From a virus: 64,000 nt of DNA. A program made the position numbers and the translations under genes. Below are positions 48,050 through 57,509 of the stretch, one piece after another. The notes under the pieces are model-generated. The model made no database searches and was not told where the DNA came from. It saw only the letters and a list, made by a program, of their open reading frames with translations. Numbering within the stretch: the first letter of the stretch is position 1; every line of letters begins with the position of its first letter. The stretch is from positions 1 to 64,000 of IMG/VR virus record IMGVR_UViG_3300028027_000054. One strand, written 5' to 3'.

Positions 48050-48457
48050 TTAGATGGTGATCAGACTTGACGCTGCTTCTGTTTTTACAGGAGCTGCATT
48101 GATGTACTGATTGTAATCAAAAGTGTCTGCGTTGATAGCCAACATGTTGATCAGATTTTTAACTTCATCTGCGTTATCCAGATAGTACTCGTAGTACGTC
48201 TCTATAGTCTTACGCTCTTCTTGGTATTCTTTACCATTGGTACGGCGTCCGATCTTCATGGGTTTAAAGTCTCCAAAGTCATCTATCTTAGGCACCATGT
48301 GCATGCTCTGCTTCTTTTCCTTGCCAATCAGAGCAAGTACTTTAGCGTCCAAGTCATAGATACCTTCGTTATAAGGACTTTCAGGGGTAACCGGAATAAG
48401 CTTGAAAGTGCGTTTCTGCTCCCATGCTCCGGTTACTAACATCATTGATTTATTCAT
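48050..48457 (-). CDS. hypothetical protein
   Basis: 135-aa ORF with its own upstream palindromic element. Confidence 0.6.
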   Translation of the reverse strand: MNKSMMLVTGAWEQKRTFKLIPVTPESPYNEGIYDLDAKVLALIGKEKKQSMHMVPKIDDFGDFKPMKIGRRTNGKEYQEERKTIETYYEYYLDNADEVKNLINMLAINADTFDYNQYINAAPVKTEAASSLITI

Positions 48458-48459
48458 GG

Positions 48460-48481
48460 TTTGTATAATTAAGTCTACAAA
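48460..48481. promoter_or_regulatory. palindromic operator-like site TTTGTATA-N6-TCTACAAA
   Basis: Same architecture as 51879..51900, and directly upstream of a minus-strand ATG. Confidence 0.5.
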
Positions 48482-49042
48482 TTAAAGAACTTTCTTCAAG
48501 TTCTCCAAAACTTCTACAGGAATTTTCAAGGTTTCTTTCTCCAGATCACAGGGATCACAGAGTTCTCCTACTTGTTTTAACATGTCTACACTGACGTTCA
48601 GCAGTTTAGCATATACATCGTAGTACTTCTCTGGTTGCATGAATGACTCCATGTACTTGTACTCTACACTACTTTCTCCATAGAAAAGCTTTACAGCTTT
48701 GCGTAATGGATTGGAGAGCTTGGAATACTTACCCATGATGAAATTGAACCAGTCGTTCTGGTATCCTGAAAAGTCAAACAGGTACAGGTTGTACTCTTGT
48801 ATATGCACGGTGCTGAAGTACAGCGGATTGGAGATCAGCATCTGCTCTTCAAAACTTTTAAACCCTTCGGACAGGTCTTCCCGAAAGCTGCAGATCAGTT
48901 TCATTTCTTCCGGACCTACCAGCCCGTCAAGAGCTATGTAGGTACCGGAAGGTGAATGATGAGCTGTACGCTTTATACCCATTGCGGGATAGAGAAATGA
49001 CCTGGATTTCTGAAAGTACTTGGTATATAAGCTGTCAATCAT
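48482..49042 (-). CDS. hypothetical protein
   Basis: 186-aa ORF with KSRSFLYP and GKYSKLS segments. Confidence 0.6.
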   Translation of the reverse strand: MIDSLYTKYFQKSRSFLYPAMGIKRTAHHSPSGTYIALDGLVGPEEMKLICSFREDLSEGFKSFEEQMLISNPLYFSTVHIQEYNLYLFDFSGYQNDWFNFIMGKYSKLSNPLRKAVKLFYGESSVEYKYMESFMQPEKYYDVYAKLLNVSVDMLKQVGELCDPCDLEKETLKIPVEVLENLKKVL

Positions 49043-49053
49043 TATGATAATAC

Positions 49054-50091
49054 TTATAGAGCCATTAATCCCTTAGCAAACTGATAAGGAAGATCATAGC
49101 TCCGGTTTGTGTAATGCCAGTCTGCTATCTCTATAACTTCTTTGAACTTGTCCAGCCACTTATCCATTGTCCCTTCTGTCACCGGAAACGCATAAGCCTG
49201 GAAAGCTCTGTCTATAACTACAAAGTGGAACTTCAGCTGGTATCCTGCTCCGACCAGGTCAGCATATTGTATACTTACTGCAGACAAGTAGACTACGGCC
49301 TGTAACCAATAAGAATAGTATTCTACGGTTTCAGGGAAGTCTTTCAGGTCTTTAGCTGTGGTCTTGATGTCATTGACAAAGATGGTCCTGGCATCATGGT
49401 CAATCACCAGGTTATCTATGATGCCTTTGAGCCCATAGATCTTACCGGTAATGTCCAGCTGGAATGCATGCTCGTTCAAAACTTCTTTGTTGTCAAAGTC
49501 AGTAGAGTTGCAGCAGATCAGTTTACAGAGATCCTGGTTGGTCTTGATCATGTCCACGGCGTTCTTACAGTAATCATAAGTCTCCTGGTCGATCAGGGTT
49601 TTGTTACCCTTCATCTTTAGAAAATTCCAGTAGTTATATGCTTCTGTAGTGAGGACCTTATCAAGACGCTGCTGATCGGTCTTCAGACTCTGGTGATAGT
49701 TCATCTCTTTCATGACATCAATCACAGTGTCCGGGTACTCGTCCAACTTTTGACGGTCATCACCCTGCTTAACCAACTGGTTGTGGTGATAGAATACTCT
49801 ATCCAGCACAGTACGTAGGTTACCGGTAGGCAGATTAGCTGGGGAGATCATAAAGATCTCATTGAACTTCTCTTCCTCTAAAAGCAAAGCATGGATAGCT
49901 TTACCCTGTACCAGGTGAGCATCAAGCCTTTCTTCTTTCATACCCAGGATATACATCTGGTGAAAGACAGCAGGATTCCACAACAGTTTGTTTAAACTGC
50001 TGTAACTGAAATAGAACTTCTTTTTATAAAAGTCAGTCTCTAAATGCTTGACCGACTCTTCCATCAGGTCTTCAAAATGCGTATCAATCAT
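49054..50091 (-). CDS. PD-(D/E)xK exonuclease (RecB/Cas4-like fold)
   Basis: SYSSL, G.AIH.LLLE, KGIIDNL..VNDIKT and Y.LQA.VY. Confidence 0.8.
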   Translation of the reverse strand: MIDTHFEDLMEESVKHLETDFYKKKFYFSYSSLNKLLWNPAVFHQMYILGMKEERLDAHLVQGKAIHALLLEEEKFNEIFMISPANLPTGNLRTVLDRVFYHHNQLVKQGDDRQKLDEYPDTVIDVMKEMNYHQSLKTDQQRLDKVLTTEAYNYWNFLKMKGNKTLIDQETYDYCKNAVDMIKTNQDLCKLICCNSTDFDNKEVLNEHAFQLDITGKIYGLKGIIDNLVIDHDARTIFVNDIKTTAKDLKDFPETVEYYSYWLQAVVYLSAVSIQYADLVGAGYQLKFHFVVIDRAFQAYAFPVTEGTMDKWLDKFKEVIEIADWHYTNRSYDLPYQFAKGLMAL

Positions 50092-50531
50092 GGGGTTTTG
50101 ATTTTAGATGTCCAGGCGTTCATAGCCCGGTCACCATTAGCAATAGCACAACTTCTGCAGAGAACAGAAACCCAGCCGGATGTTACTCCCAGGTCTTGTT
50201 CTGATCCGCATTCCTGGCAGGTGTAATTACACATATGTTCAGCCATGCTGATCATACCTTCTACAATGTCGTCGTGACCATTGGTATAAAACCTTAGTCC
50301 TCCGAACTTCTCTTTCATCTGTACACAAGTGACCTGCTCAGGAGTGAGCGGTCCATGCTTGCTGTACCGTGTTGTCTTATCTATATAGTTTTGTATAGAC
50401 CCACATAACTTGTCTATAATAGATAGCCAACCTGTGGGTGCATCTTGCCAATTACACTGTCCAGGATTACCTTCGTAGTCCTGGAAGATCTTGGGATACT
50501 TCTGTATCAGTTCTTCTGTGGTGATTCCCAT
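50088..50531 (-). CDS. conserved phage protein with C-terminal zinc finger
   Basis: QMKEKFGGLRFY motif and CQECG..LCRSC. Confidence 0.6.
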   Translation of the reverse strand: MGITTEELIQKYPKIFQDYEGNPGQCNWQDAPTGWLSIIDKLCGSIQNYIDKTTRYSKHGPLTPEQVTCVQMKEKFGGLRFYTNGHDDIVEGMISMAEHMCNYTCQECGSEQDLGVTSGWVSVLCRSCAIANGDRAMNAWTSKIKTP

Positions 50532-50761
50532 ATACCTTCTTTTTCTAAGAATGTGCGGATACGAGTAGAGGTCATGCGGTCCATAGTCAGAGCCTCTAAA
50601 AATTCAATAAACCCATAGAGCTGATCTACTTTCTTATTGGCTTTGTCCAGCTCGTGGATATAGAAATCAGCATCATCATGCATGGCTTCATCATATCTCT
50701 GTTGATAATCCACAGCAGCGTCTATAGCTTCTACTGAAAACAATGGGTCTAGCATAGTCAT
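50507..50761 (-). CDS. hypothetical protein
   Basis: 84-aa ORF in the gene run. Confidence 0.45.
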   Translation of the reverse strand: MTMLDPLFSVEAIDAAVDYQQRYDEAMHDDADFYIHELDKANKKVDQLYGFIEFLEALTMDRMTSTRIRTFLEKEGIWESPQKN

Positions 50762-51001
50762 CTACTTTTTAAGTTTTTCCAGTGTTAATCTCATCTCAGC
50801 CAGAACTTTGCGGTTCATTTGGTGAGTGCTACTCGGATCTGCGTCCAGCTCAGAAAGGGTCTTGTATCTTTCTTTGAGCCTGACTCGTTCTACGTTATTG
50901 TTTTCCAGTGCGTTGGCAACTCTTTCCAGTTGCTTAGCTATCTCTGGTAGTGTATGCTCTATAAGTCTTCGACCCATGATGGTCTCGTGTAACTCTGGCA
51001 T
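50762..51001 (-). CDS. hypothetical protein
   Basis: 79 aa, LHET.MGRRL.E..LP.I..QLER.A. Confidence 0.5.
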   Translation of the reverse strand: MPELHETIMGRRLIEHTLPEIAKQLERVANALENNNVERVRLKERYKTLSELDADPSSTHQMNRKVLAEMRLTLEKLKK

Positions 51002-51004
51002 AGA

Positions 51005-51271
51005 TCAGGGCTTTAAGGGGTGAGTGCCATCTTCATTAAGAGGTAACTCTTCAATGTCATCGTACAGTATCTGCATAGCTCCAAGGTTTTGCTCACAGAG
51101 TTCTGCATCAAGAGCTTGGATGATTACACCTTGACCGTCATCAGTCTGTTTGATTTCTATGTCAAGTTTTCCTATACGAACCCAGACTGTACCAGAGTCA
51201 GAGTTCATGATGACTTTCATGTCATTTCTTAAGTCGTTATACTCTGTAATCTCAAATGGTAGGTATTCCAT
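51005..51271 (-). CDS. hypothetical protein
   Basis: 88-aa acidic ORF. Confidence 0.45.
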   Translation of the reverse strand: MEYLPFEITEYNDLRNDMKVIMNSDSGTVWVRIGKLDIEIKQTDDGQGVIIQALDAELCEQNLGAMQILYDDIEELPLNEDGTHPLKP

Positions 51272-51480
51272 TACAGGGAGTTTATAAGGTTAATAACATC
51301 CGCCTGTGTATTAGGCTTAACTACATGTACAAGGCCATCTTCTTCTGCCCTGATCAACCATACATTAGGGTCACTGGACAGTTCACGTACTTTTTTCTGA
51401 GCAGCACTGAAGCTGCTACAAGCGTGTTGATAGGGCATGTTGTCGGCCCTAGTAATCCACTTGATTAAATAGATAGTCAT
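51271..51480 (-). CDS. hypothetical protein
   Basis: 69-aa ORF coupled on both sides. Confidence 0.45.
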   Translation of the reverse strand: MTIYLIKWITRADNMPYQHACSSFSAAQKKVRELSSDPNVWLIRAEEDGLVHVVKPNTQADVINLINSL

Positions 51481-51878
51481 AAATGTTTACTTGATTTTTC
51501 TTGCTGAGTTTTAATGTCATGGCAGCTCTCACAGAGAACTTGTAAGTTGCCCTGCTCACAGAAAAGACGTTCTACAAAACCAGGCAGATCGTTGGCACAG
51601 TTCAGGGAACCTGCCGGGATCATGTGGTCTACGTTGATCTTCTTTTCCGGGTGATACTTATTACAAACAGCACAGAGGTATTCAAACTTCTGACGCTTGT
51701 TTGGACCCTTGTAAGGTCTGCGTGCCTGCATTTTTGCTTGGGTGATCGGTTTCCACCAGCGGGACTTCTGTCTAAGGGCAGAACGGATGAAACTCCAGAA
51801 GGCACTCTCGGTCATGGTGCCTGCATTACGTGTCTTGGGAACTCTGGGTTTCTTAGGGGTTGTAGTCTTCCTGGGCAT
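51477..51878 (-). CDS. HNH endonuclease
   Basis: CAVC..VDHMIP..NLQVLCESCHDIKT. Confidence 0.85.
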   Translation of the reverse strand: MPRKTTTPKKPRVPKTRNAGTMTESAFWSFIRSALRQKSRWWKPITQAKMQARRPYKGPNKRQKFEYLCAVCNKYHPEKKINVDHMIPAGSLNCANDLPGFVERLFCEQGNLQVLCESCHDIKTQQEKSSKHL

Positions 51879-51904
51879 TTTGTAGATTAAGGTCTACAAA
51901 TATA
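51879..51904 (-). promoter_or_regulatory. TAnnTTTG (-7) promoter element overlapped by a perfect 8-bp inverted repeat
   Basis: The minus strand reads TATATTTGTAGA-CCTTAA-TCTACAAA-ATG. Confidence 0.55.
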
Positions 51905-51913
51905 CTGTAGAGC

Positions 51914-52903
51914 TCAGGAGTTGTCCAATTTTTTGTTCAACAGTGGCACTAAAGTGTGGAATACTTTCTTGGCCCCGTGTTCCTTGATAGAGTCAGAAGG
52001 GTCTTTACTCATGACCAGGGTGACCGGGATCACTTCAGGATAGAGTTCCTGGTACCGGGCCGCTGCTTTCATACCAGGTTCGTCATAATCAAACAGGATA
52101 AGCACCTTTTGATAAGACTGCAGGTACTGCTGCATGGTCTCTTTACGAATGACGGAATTCTCAGAGTCCGGGGCAATGATGTCCACGGCTAACTTGAGAC
52201 TTTTAAGAGCCATGGTGTCTTTCAGGGAGCTGGTAATGATCAGAAACTTCTGATTTTTTACCTGCTCTGATCCCTGGATATAATCTGCCACCTTAATGAA
52301 CTTCTTGTCCAGGGTTTTGGGCTGATAGATCTTGTACAGGGTACCGTCCTTCTTGAAATAACCATACAGATAATTACTGCGGATGGTCAGTTCAATGGGA
52401 TCTTCATCTACCACCTCTTTAGATAGAACGTAATATTCCAGGGGTCTGACACAGTACTCGTCCAGGAGTCTAGAACCGATGTTATATTGAGTCCAGTAGT
52501 ATTGGTCAGAAGTGTTCCAGGATCGGAACACGTACTGCGATACCTTATACTTACTTGCTTGCTTAAATTCCGCAACATCGTATCCACCGTTATTGTGTAA
52601 GACATAGTCATTATATTTTTCTACTACTAAAGTGCAGGTTTTATGATAAGGCAGCTGGGTAAGCTCCTTGACGAGGTCTATAGCTGAACCACCTTTGCCG
52701 CTTGAGAAATCCTTGTACCGGTAGCCGTCTTTATTGGCATCAAAGTAGATGCACATAGAGGGCGTACGCTCCTTGGCATTGAACATGCTCTTGATCTTTA
52801 CATCATGGCCGTTCAACTTTTCCTTAAGCTTACAGAAGTGTTCAAATATCCAGGGTACGGGAACATCCTTGATGTCATGTACCAAATTCTTTGTTGTAAA
52901 CAT
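51914..52903 (-). CDS. dnaG: DNA primase (Toprim)
   Basis: Start re-called to MFTTKN, downstream of the terminator. ERTPS..YKDF.SG.GG zinc-binding-like region, IITSSLKD, FDYDEPG and KDPSD. Confidence 0.8.
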   Translation of the reverse strand: MFTTKNLVHDIKDVPVPWIFEHFCKLKEKLNGHDVKIKSMFNAKERTPSMCIYFDANKDGYRYKDFSSGKGGSAIDLVKELTQLPYHKTCTLVVEKYNDYVLHNNGGYDVAEFKQASKYKVSQYVFRSWNTSDQYYWTQYNIGSRLLDEYCVRPLEYYVLSKEVVDEDPIELTIRSNYLYGYFKKDGTLYKIYQPKTLDKKFIKVADYIQGSEQVKNQKFLIITSSLKDTMALKSLKLAVDIIAPDSENSVIRKETMQQYLQSYQKVLILFDYDEPGMKAAARYQELYPEVIPVTLVMSKDPSDSIKEHGAKKVFHTLVPLLNKKLDNS

Positions 52904-52915
52904 AGGTGGATGTTT

Positions 52916-52946
52916 AAAAAAAGAGGGGGAAGTAAAAACCTCCCCC
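52916..52946 (-). terminator. intrinsic terminator after the SSB gene
   Basis: GGGGGA..TCCCCC hairpin followed by a T-run on the minus strand. Confidence 0.65.
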
Positions 52947-52968
52947 GGTATATGCATAAAAGGAAAGA

Positions 52969-53577
52969 TTACATGTCAAAGTCATCGTTCACCGGCTCAA
53001 AGCTTACGACAGGCTTTGTTTCCAGTGCACGGAAATGGTACTTGTTGTTCTTGTCAAACTTGTCCAACCTGGACTCGTCAACAGAACAGAACTTGTAACG
53101 TGGGAAAGAGAGCTTTACGATGGTCTTACCGTTATACTCCTCTTCCTTACCGTTCAGGAAGAAATACATGTCATTGCCGGCAAGGATACCAATGGCTTGG
53201 TTAACCCAGTCTTCCAGAGAAGAAGCTGAGATATTATCTACAGCGTCACGCAGTCCGAGTTCTTGTGCGATCACAATGATCTTGTACATGATCTCGTTCT
53301 TGGTGGCGTTGGTTTCTGCATGCTGGTCTGTCCAGATGGTAGCTGTTACCCTGGCTGACAATCCCTGGAACTTGGGTCCTTCAGGATCGTTCTTGTCTAT
53401 AGTCCAACCTTCAAAGTGAGGAATGGCTGGTCCCTCAAGGGTAAGCTCCAGGCTTTTCTTGTCTCCGTTCTTGGAGGTTCTTACTTGTCCCGCAAAAATG
53501 TGGGCATACACTACACCTGGTTGGAATGATTTGGAAGTTCCACCGGTTTTTACTTCTTGTCCTTTAGTACTGAACAT
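52969..53577 (-). CDS. putative single-stranded DNA-binding protein
   Basis: Lies between the AAA ATPase and primase. Beta-rich, with an acidic/aromatic tail (NDDFDM). Confidence 0.55.
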   Translation of the reverse strand: MFSTKGQEVKTGGTSKSFQPGVVYAHIFAGQVRTSKNGDKKSLELTLEGPAIPHFEGWTIDKNDPEGPKFQGLSARVTATIWTDQHAETNATKNEIMYKIIVIAQELGLRDAVDNISASSLEDWVNQAIGILAGNDMYFFLNGKEEEYNGKTIVKLSFPRYKFCSVDESRLDKFDKNNKYHFRALETKPVVSFEPVNDDFDM

Positions 53578-53610
53578 GGCTTGTTGTTTTAAAATTAAAA
53601 AGAGTGAGGC

Positions 53611-54294
53611 TTAGTTTTCATAATCAAGTATGGCTTGTCTTACAACAGCCAGATCATTTGTAATCTCCAGGTCGGCAAACATGTCCTTAGGAGCTTTACA
53701 GGTGTTCTCACCGTTGTTCTTGGTTTCAAAAACATGGCGGATGTCTCCGTCCTTGTTTTTCTTGACCTTGCCGAACAACACAATAGAGAACAGTCCTTCT
53801 AAAGTCAGTTTCTCGTCTACCATTTTACCGATAGTCTTGGCCTTGAACTTCTTCTTGCCTTCCATGTCTGTTGACTCTTCTGCATGGGTGAGATAAAACA
53901 CCATGAGTTCTTCTCTCAGGTCTTTGGGCATCCGGGCAATACGTGCTAGGTGTGCACCGATCTGGGTGAACTTCTCATAGCCCTTCTCATCTACACGATC
54001 AAAGAACTCAAAGGCACTCATGTACTGGAAATCATCAATGATCAGATTTTTGATCTCCTTGCGTTTCTCTGATACATACTTGATACATGCCTCAATGTTC
54101 TGAGGAGAGTTGCCATAGTACATGTTGCCAGTAGGGTTGTCCTTACTCCAGATCGTGTACTTCTTTTTCCAGCCTTTGAAAGGAAGAGGTTTGTTAGCTA
54201 CATTAATGATGAACGTTTCTGCCGGATCCAGGTTCTCTATAGCGGTAGATTTTCCTGCACCGGATTCTGCAATTACAAGGATTCCTTGTGCCAT
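53611..54294 (-). CDS. AAA-family phage ATPase (Sak4/AAA_24-like)
   Basis: AESGAGKS Walker A, IIDDFQY Walker B and KTIGKMVD. Start re-called to MAQGIL. Confidence 0.8.
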   Translation of the reverse strand: MAQGILVIAESGAGKSTAIENLDPAETFIINVANKPLPFKGWKKKYTIWSKDNPTGNMYYGNSPQNIEACIKYVSEKRKEIKNLIIDDFQYMSAFEFFDRVDEKGYEKFTQIGAHLARIARMPKDLREELMVFYLTHAEESTDMEGKKKFKAKTIGKMVDEKLTLEGLFSIVLFGKVKKNKDGDIRHVFETKNNGENTCKAPKDMFADLEITNDLAVVRQAILDYEN

Positions 54295-54296
54295 AG

Positions 54297-54875
54297 TTAG
54301 AATGGTAAAGTGTGATTTAAAAGATCGTTCAGCCATGGCTTCAAGCTGACTGGCTTTCCTGTGTGAATGGCCATGAAATCCCGGATGGTCATCTCGGAAT
54401 AAGGCAGGTCTGTTTCAACAGGTGCAGCGGGCTTGGAGTTAAATACCGGAGCTGGCTGAACAGGCTCTGGTTTCTTTTCTACAGGAACAGAAGAAGAAGG
54501 ATTCACTACACGTAGTTCATCTACTGGTACCAGGAATGAACCTTTCTCGTTCATCTCGTACTCTTCTTCATGGTTGTCATTACGGGCAATCCGGTATACT
54601 TTACGCTCAGACTCCAGGGGATCAAGATCCCGGGTGACCAGCTCAAAGAAAAACCCTTTGTCTTTCTTGAATTCCGATCCAAAGATGCCTACTACGTACC
54701 GTCCATGACGATCATAAAAAGGCATTTTCATGTTGAAGTCCAGTGGAGAGACACTAAAAGCACGGATCAGGGGAGCGTGATAGTCACGGATCTGATCAAG
54801 CTTCATCTTCTTCCACTCTTTGGGATTGCCATACTTGTCTATAGCGTCTTGCGGTAAAATGTTTACGTGGGACAT
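54297..54875 (-). CDS. hypothetical protein
   Basis: 192 aa, C-terminal MTIRDFMAI..KPVS.K.WLN. Confidence 0.6.
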   Translation of the reverse strand: MSHVNILPQDAIDKYGNPKEWKKMKLDQIRDYHAPLIRAFSVSPLDFNMKMPFYDRHGRYVVGIFGSEFKKDKGFFFELVTRDLDPLESERKVYRIARNDNHEEEYEMNEKGSFLVPVDELRVVNPSSSVPVEKKPEPVQPAPVFNSKPAAPVETDLPYSEMTIRDFMAIHTGKPVSLKPWLNDLLNHTLPF

Positions 54876-54892
54876 GTGTATGGGTTTTTTGG

Positions 54893-55966
54893 TTATAATT
54901 CTGATCCGACGTCTGCTGACACGGACCGGGTTCTGCCGTTTCCTCCGCCTTGTACACGCCCTGGGTTCAGAGGTGTATAGCCGTTAGATGTGGATGCTGT
55001 TTGCGGTTCTAAGGTTTCCAGCATTCTTTGTTTGTTGAACTCAGCGTTCATAAACAACACGTTGTTATCGTCTCCACCGTTACGCACCTTCAGAAGATGC
55101 ATGTAGATCTGATCCTTGTGTGTGATGTACTTCTTGGGACCGTAGATGTTGATGTTTGCCTTGTGCGGCCTGTTCAGGGCAATGACCATGTCTGAGCTCT
55201 GCATCAGGGCATCACCACCAAAGATGTCTGAACTGGTAGGATAGTTTCCTATGATACCAGGATTGACCCTTGATGCTTCTTCCATGGTGCGGTTCATCTG
55301 TGTGATCATCAAGACAATGACCGGAATCTCGTTCTTGATCTGCATCAGCATCTCTGCTGTATTGTACAGAACATCAAACTTGTCCTTATCACCACTTCCC
55401 TTCTTGATCAGCCAAGAGTGATCAATGGTGACGATCATGTGCTTGGTTCCCATTGCCTTGTGGTAGTAACGGATGGCTTTCTCAATATCCGGTACAGTCA
55501 AGGGTTTTTTGATCAGCTTGCGTTTCACACCGACTCTTTCCAGTGCCTGGGTATCTGCCAGGTAACGCTGCATTTGCTGATAGGTAAAATCATCCAGCTG
55601 CTGGTAGGAACTTAAGACATGGTTATAGTCTTTAGCTACTTCTGCTGCAAACTGTCTGGCGGCATACTGCTTGTCACCCATCTCAAACTGGAACTCCAGG
55701 ATAGAAAAATCCTGGTCCGGATTGTGAAGACGTGACTCCCTGAGTATCTGGGAAACTATCATGGTCTTACCTGACCCTGGTCTGGCTCCAATGGTTAACA
55801 TAGAACCCCATTCCAGACCACCAATACCGGCATAATTCAGGCCGGTCCAGGGAGTCTTAAAAGACTTTACCCTGCCTGTTCTGCGGTCATCTATATACTT
55901 GAGACCCTCAATGAGGACTTCAGAGTAGTCTTTAGCACCAAAAGGGTTCTGTGGTGTAGTACTCAT
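54893..55966 (-). CDS. dnaB: replicative SF4 helicase
   Basis: GARPGSGKT, FQFEM, TIDH, ITQMNR and LKVRNG. Confidence 0.9.
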   Translation of the reverse strand: MSTTPQNPFGAKDYSEVLIEGLKYIDDRRTGRVKSFKTPWTGLNYAGIGGLEWGSMLTIGARPGSGKTMIVSQILRESRLHNPDQDFSILEFQFEMGDKQYAARQFAAEVAKDYNHVLSSYQQLDDFTYQQMQRYLADTQALERVGVKRKLIKKPLTVPDIEKAIRYYHKAMGTKHMIVTIDHSWLIKKGSGDKDKFDVLYNTAEMLMQIKNEIPVIVLMITQMNRTMEEASRVNPGIIGNYPTSSDIFGGDALMQSSDMVIALNRPHKANINIYGPKKYITHKDQIYMHLLKVRNGGDDNNVLFMNAEFNKQRMLETLEPQTASTSNGYTPLNPGRVQGGGNGRTRSVSADVGSEL

Positions 55967-56178
55967 AATGTGTGAGAAAATACTTGTGAAAACACAGACT
56001 CACTAGCCTCTACAGCATCCATCTGACCCAAGTAAAAAGCTTCATTCATCATTATCTCTATGGCCATTTTAAAACCTTCTGCATTGATGGCCCGAAACCC
56101 TACAGTTCCTGGGATTTCAGCTGTTAGCTGGCTAAATAACTCTCTAATTTTTACTTCGTGATCTTGTACAGCTTCCAT
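55963..56178 (-). CDS. hypothetical protein
   Basis: 71-aa coupled ORF. Confidence 0.45.
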   Translation of the reverse strand: MEAVQDHEVKIRELFSQLTAEIPGTVGFRAINAEGFKMAIEIMMNEAFYLGQMDAVEASESVFSQVFSHTL

Positions 56179-56405
56179 TACAGGTTCATTTTACGGGTTG
56201 TAAATGTATAGAACTTCAAGGAAACAACCAAGAAAAGTTCTATAATTAGATACCTCCAGAAGGAAACATCTACAATAAAAAAGTCTACTACCACCCAGTT
56301 AAGGGCAGTAAATACCAGGCTGATCAGTAGTCTGTTGACTACCTTTTCAACTGATGACATAGTCAATGGGTTATGATTGTTCTCGGAAGATGACGTCTGG
56401 GTCAT
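56178..56405 (-). CDS. small two-TM membrane protein
   Basis: Two hydrophobic stretches. Coupled stop. Confidence 0.45.
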   Translation of the reverse strand: MTQTSSSENNHNPLTMSSVEKVVNRLLISLVFTALNWVVVDFFIVDVSFWRYLIIELFLVVSLKFYTFTTRKMNL

Positions 56406-56958
56406 CTGCGATCATCTGGCAGAATTCCGCCAGGGTAGACTTTACAGTCTTACTAATAGTGTCCGTTTTCTGTATAAAAGCAGAAGCGTTCATCATGTAC
56501 TTCTTATGCTCAGGTGTGTTCTTCTTGTACATGTAATAGTTGGTAGCTTCCAGCACGATATCCCAGGTGAACTCGGGGTACTTTTTAAAGAACCATACGA
56601 ATTTGTCCTTGATCTCCTGTGTGGTGGAACGGGCTACTGCTCCTGTAGGTAAGGTACCTGGTGGAAACAGCATTCTATAAGTGTGAATATGGTCCAAGAA
56701 GTTGTCTCCAAGGACTTCTGTTGTTACTTTTTTCTTGGTCTTAACCAGGAAAGTTTCAAACTCTTCCAACACCACGAGGGCTTGTGCGGTGAGTACTCCA
56801 TTGTCGTCAAGATAACCTCTGGAATGGGCTATGGTACGCTCTGCATCTGGGTTAACAATAGTTGTGGGCTTGATCTTACCGCGGCAGCAATCAAGGAAAT
56901 AAAGCAAGTTGGGGCTCACATTGTGTTTGATCAAATTCAACCAGAGCTGATGATTCAT
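56371..56958 (-). CDS. putative replication initiator/helicase-loader-type protein
   Basis: N-terminal wHTH-like segment and YRMLFP..KF..F..EATNYY..YM.NA..FI. Lies upstream of dnaB. Confidence 0.4.
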   Translation of the reverse strand: MNHQLWLNLIKHNVSPNLLYFLDCCRGKIKPTTIVNPDAERTIAHSRGYLDDNGVLTAQALVVLEEFETFLVKTKKKVTTEVLGDNFLDHIHTYRMLFPPGTLPTGAVARSTTQEIKDKFVWFFKKYPEFTWDIVLEATNYYMYKKNTPEHKKYMMNASAFIQKTDTISKTVKSTLAEFCQMIADDPDVIFREQS

Positions 56959-57391
56959 AGCTTTTTTTTATGTGGTTTAGAATTTGGTAGTACCGCTCTC
57001 TGAAGGACTCAGAGGTTTCTACCAGGTTGTTGAAGGTGGATACGTTGTGCAGCACCGTGGTATGGTCACGTCCGCCAAGGTAATCTCCAATGCTGACACA
57101 GGTAAACCGCATCATGCGGGCTATGGCACAAAAGATGTTACGCAGCTCTACCAGCTCTCTTTTACGGGAGTGGGACTTGAGGCTTATTGGATCTCCAAAT
57201 GCCACCGGAAGAAACTGTTCAAAATACCTGGACAGTTGGTCCAGGCTCATGATCGGCAAGTCAGTTCCTCCGTGACTTGAGATCTTGGTTACTACAATGG
57301 GAACATAACCCAGTTTTTCTTCAAACTTCTGTTTGAACTCCTCGATTAATCGTCGCTCCAGCTTAACTGCATAGTTGTATGTCTCGGTCAT
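56891..57391 (-). CDS. DnaA C-terminal (domain IV) helix-turn-helix protein
   Basis: SRKRELVELR....IG..LGGRDHTTVLH, the DnaA domain IV signature. No AAA+ domain. Confidence 0.8.
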   Translation of the reverse strand: MTETYNYAVKLERRLIEEFKQKFEEKLGYVPIVVTKISSHGGTDLPIMSLDQLSRYFEQFLPVAFGDPISLKSHSRKRELVELRNIFCAIARMMRFTCVSIGDYLGGRDHTTVLHNVSTFNNLVETSESFRERYYQILNHIKKSYESSALVEFDQTQCEPQLALFP

Positions 57392-57509
57392 AAACTTGGG
57401 ATATTTATTCTACAAATGTAAGTAAAGTCTACAAGATTTTGTATATTATATTGTAGAGGCTATGAAAGTTCTACATCTTTAATATTTACTAGGTAAAACT
57501 ATTTCTACC
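57392..57509. promoter_or_regulatory. divergent control region with TCTACA repeats
   Basis: Minus-strand TACATTTG (-7 element) before 57391. Plus-strand 17-mer at 57441..57457. TCTACA at 57409, 57428 and 57470, inverted at 57452. Confidence 0.6.

Noticed and set aside
49054-50091. Cas4 indicating a CRISPR-related system
   Set aside because: There is no four-Cys Fe-S pattern and no cas genes or array. It is an ordinary phage PD-(D/E)xK nuclease in the replication block.
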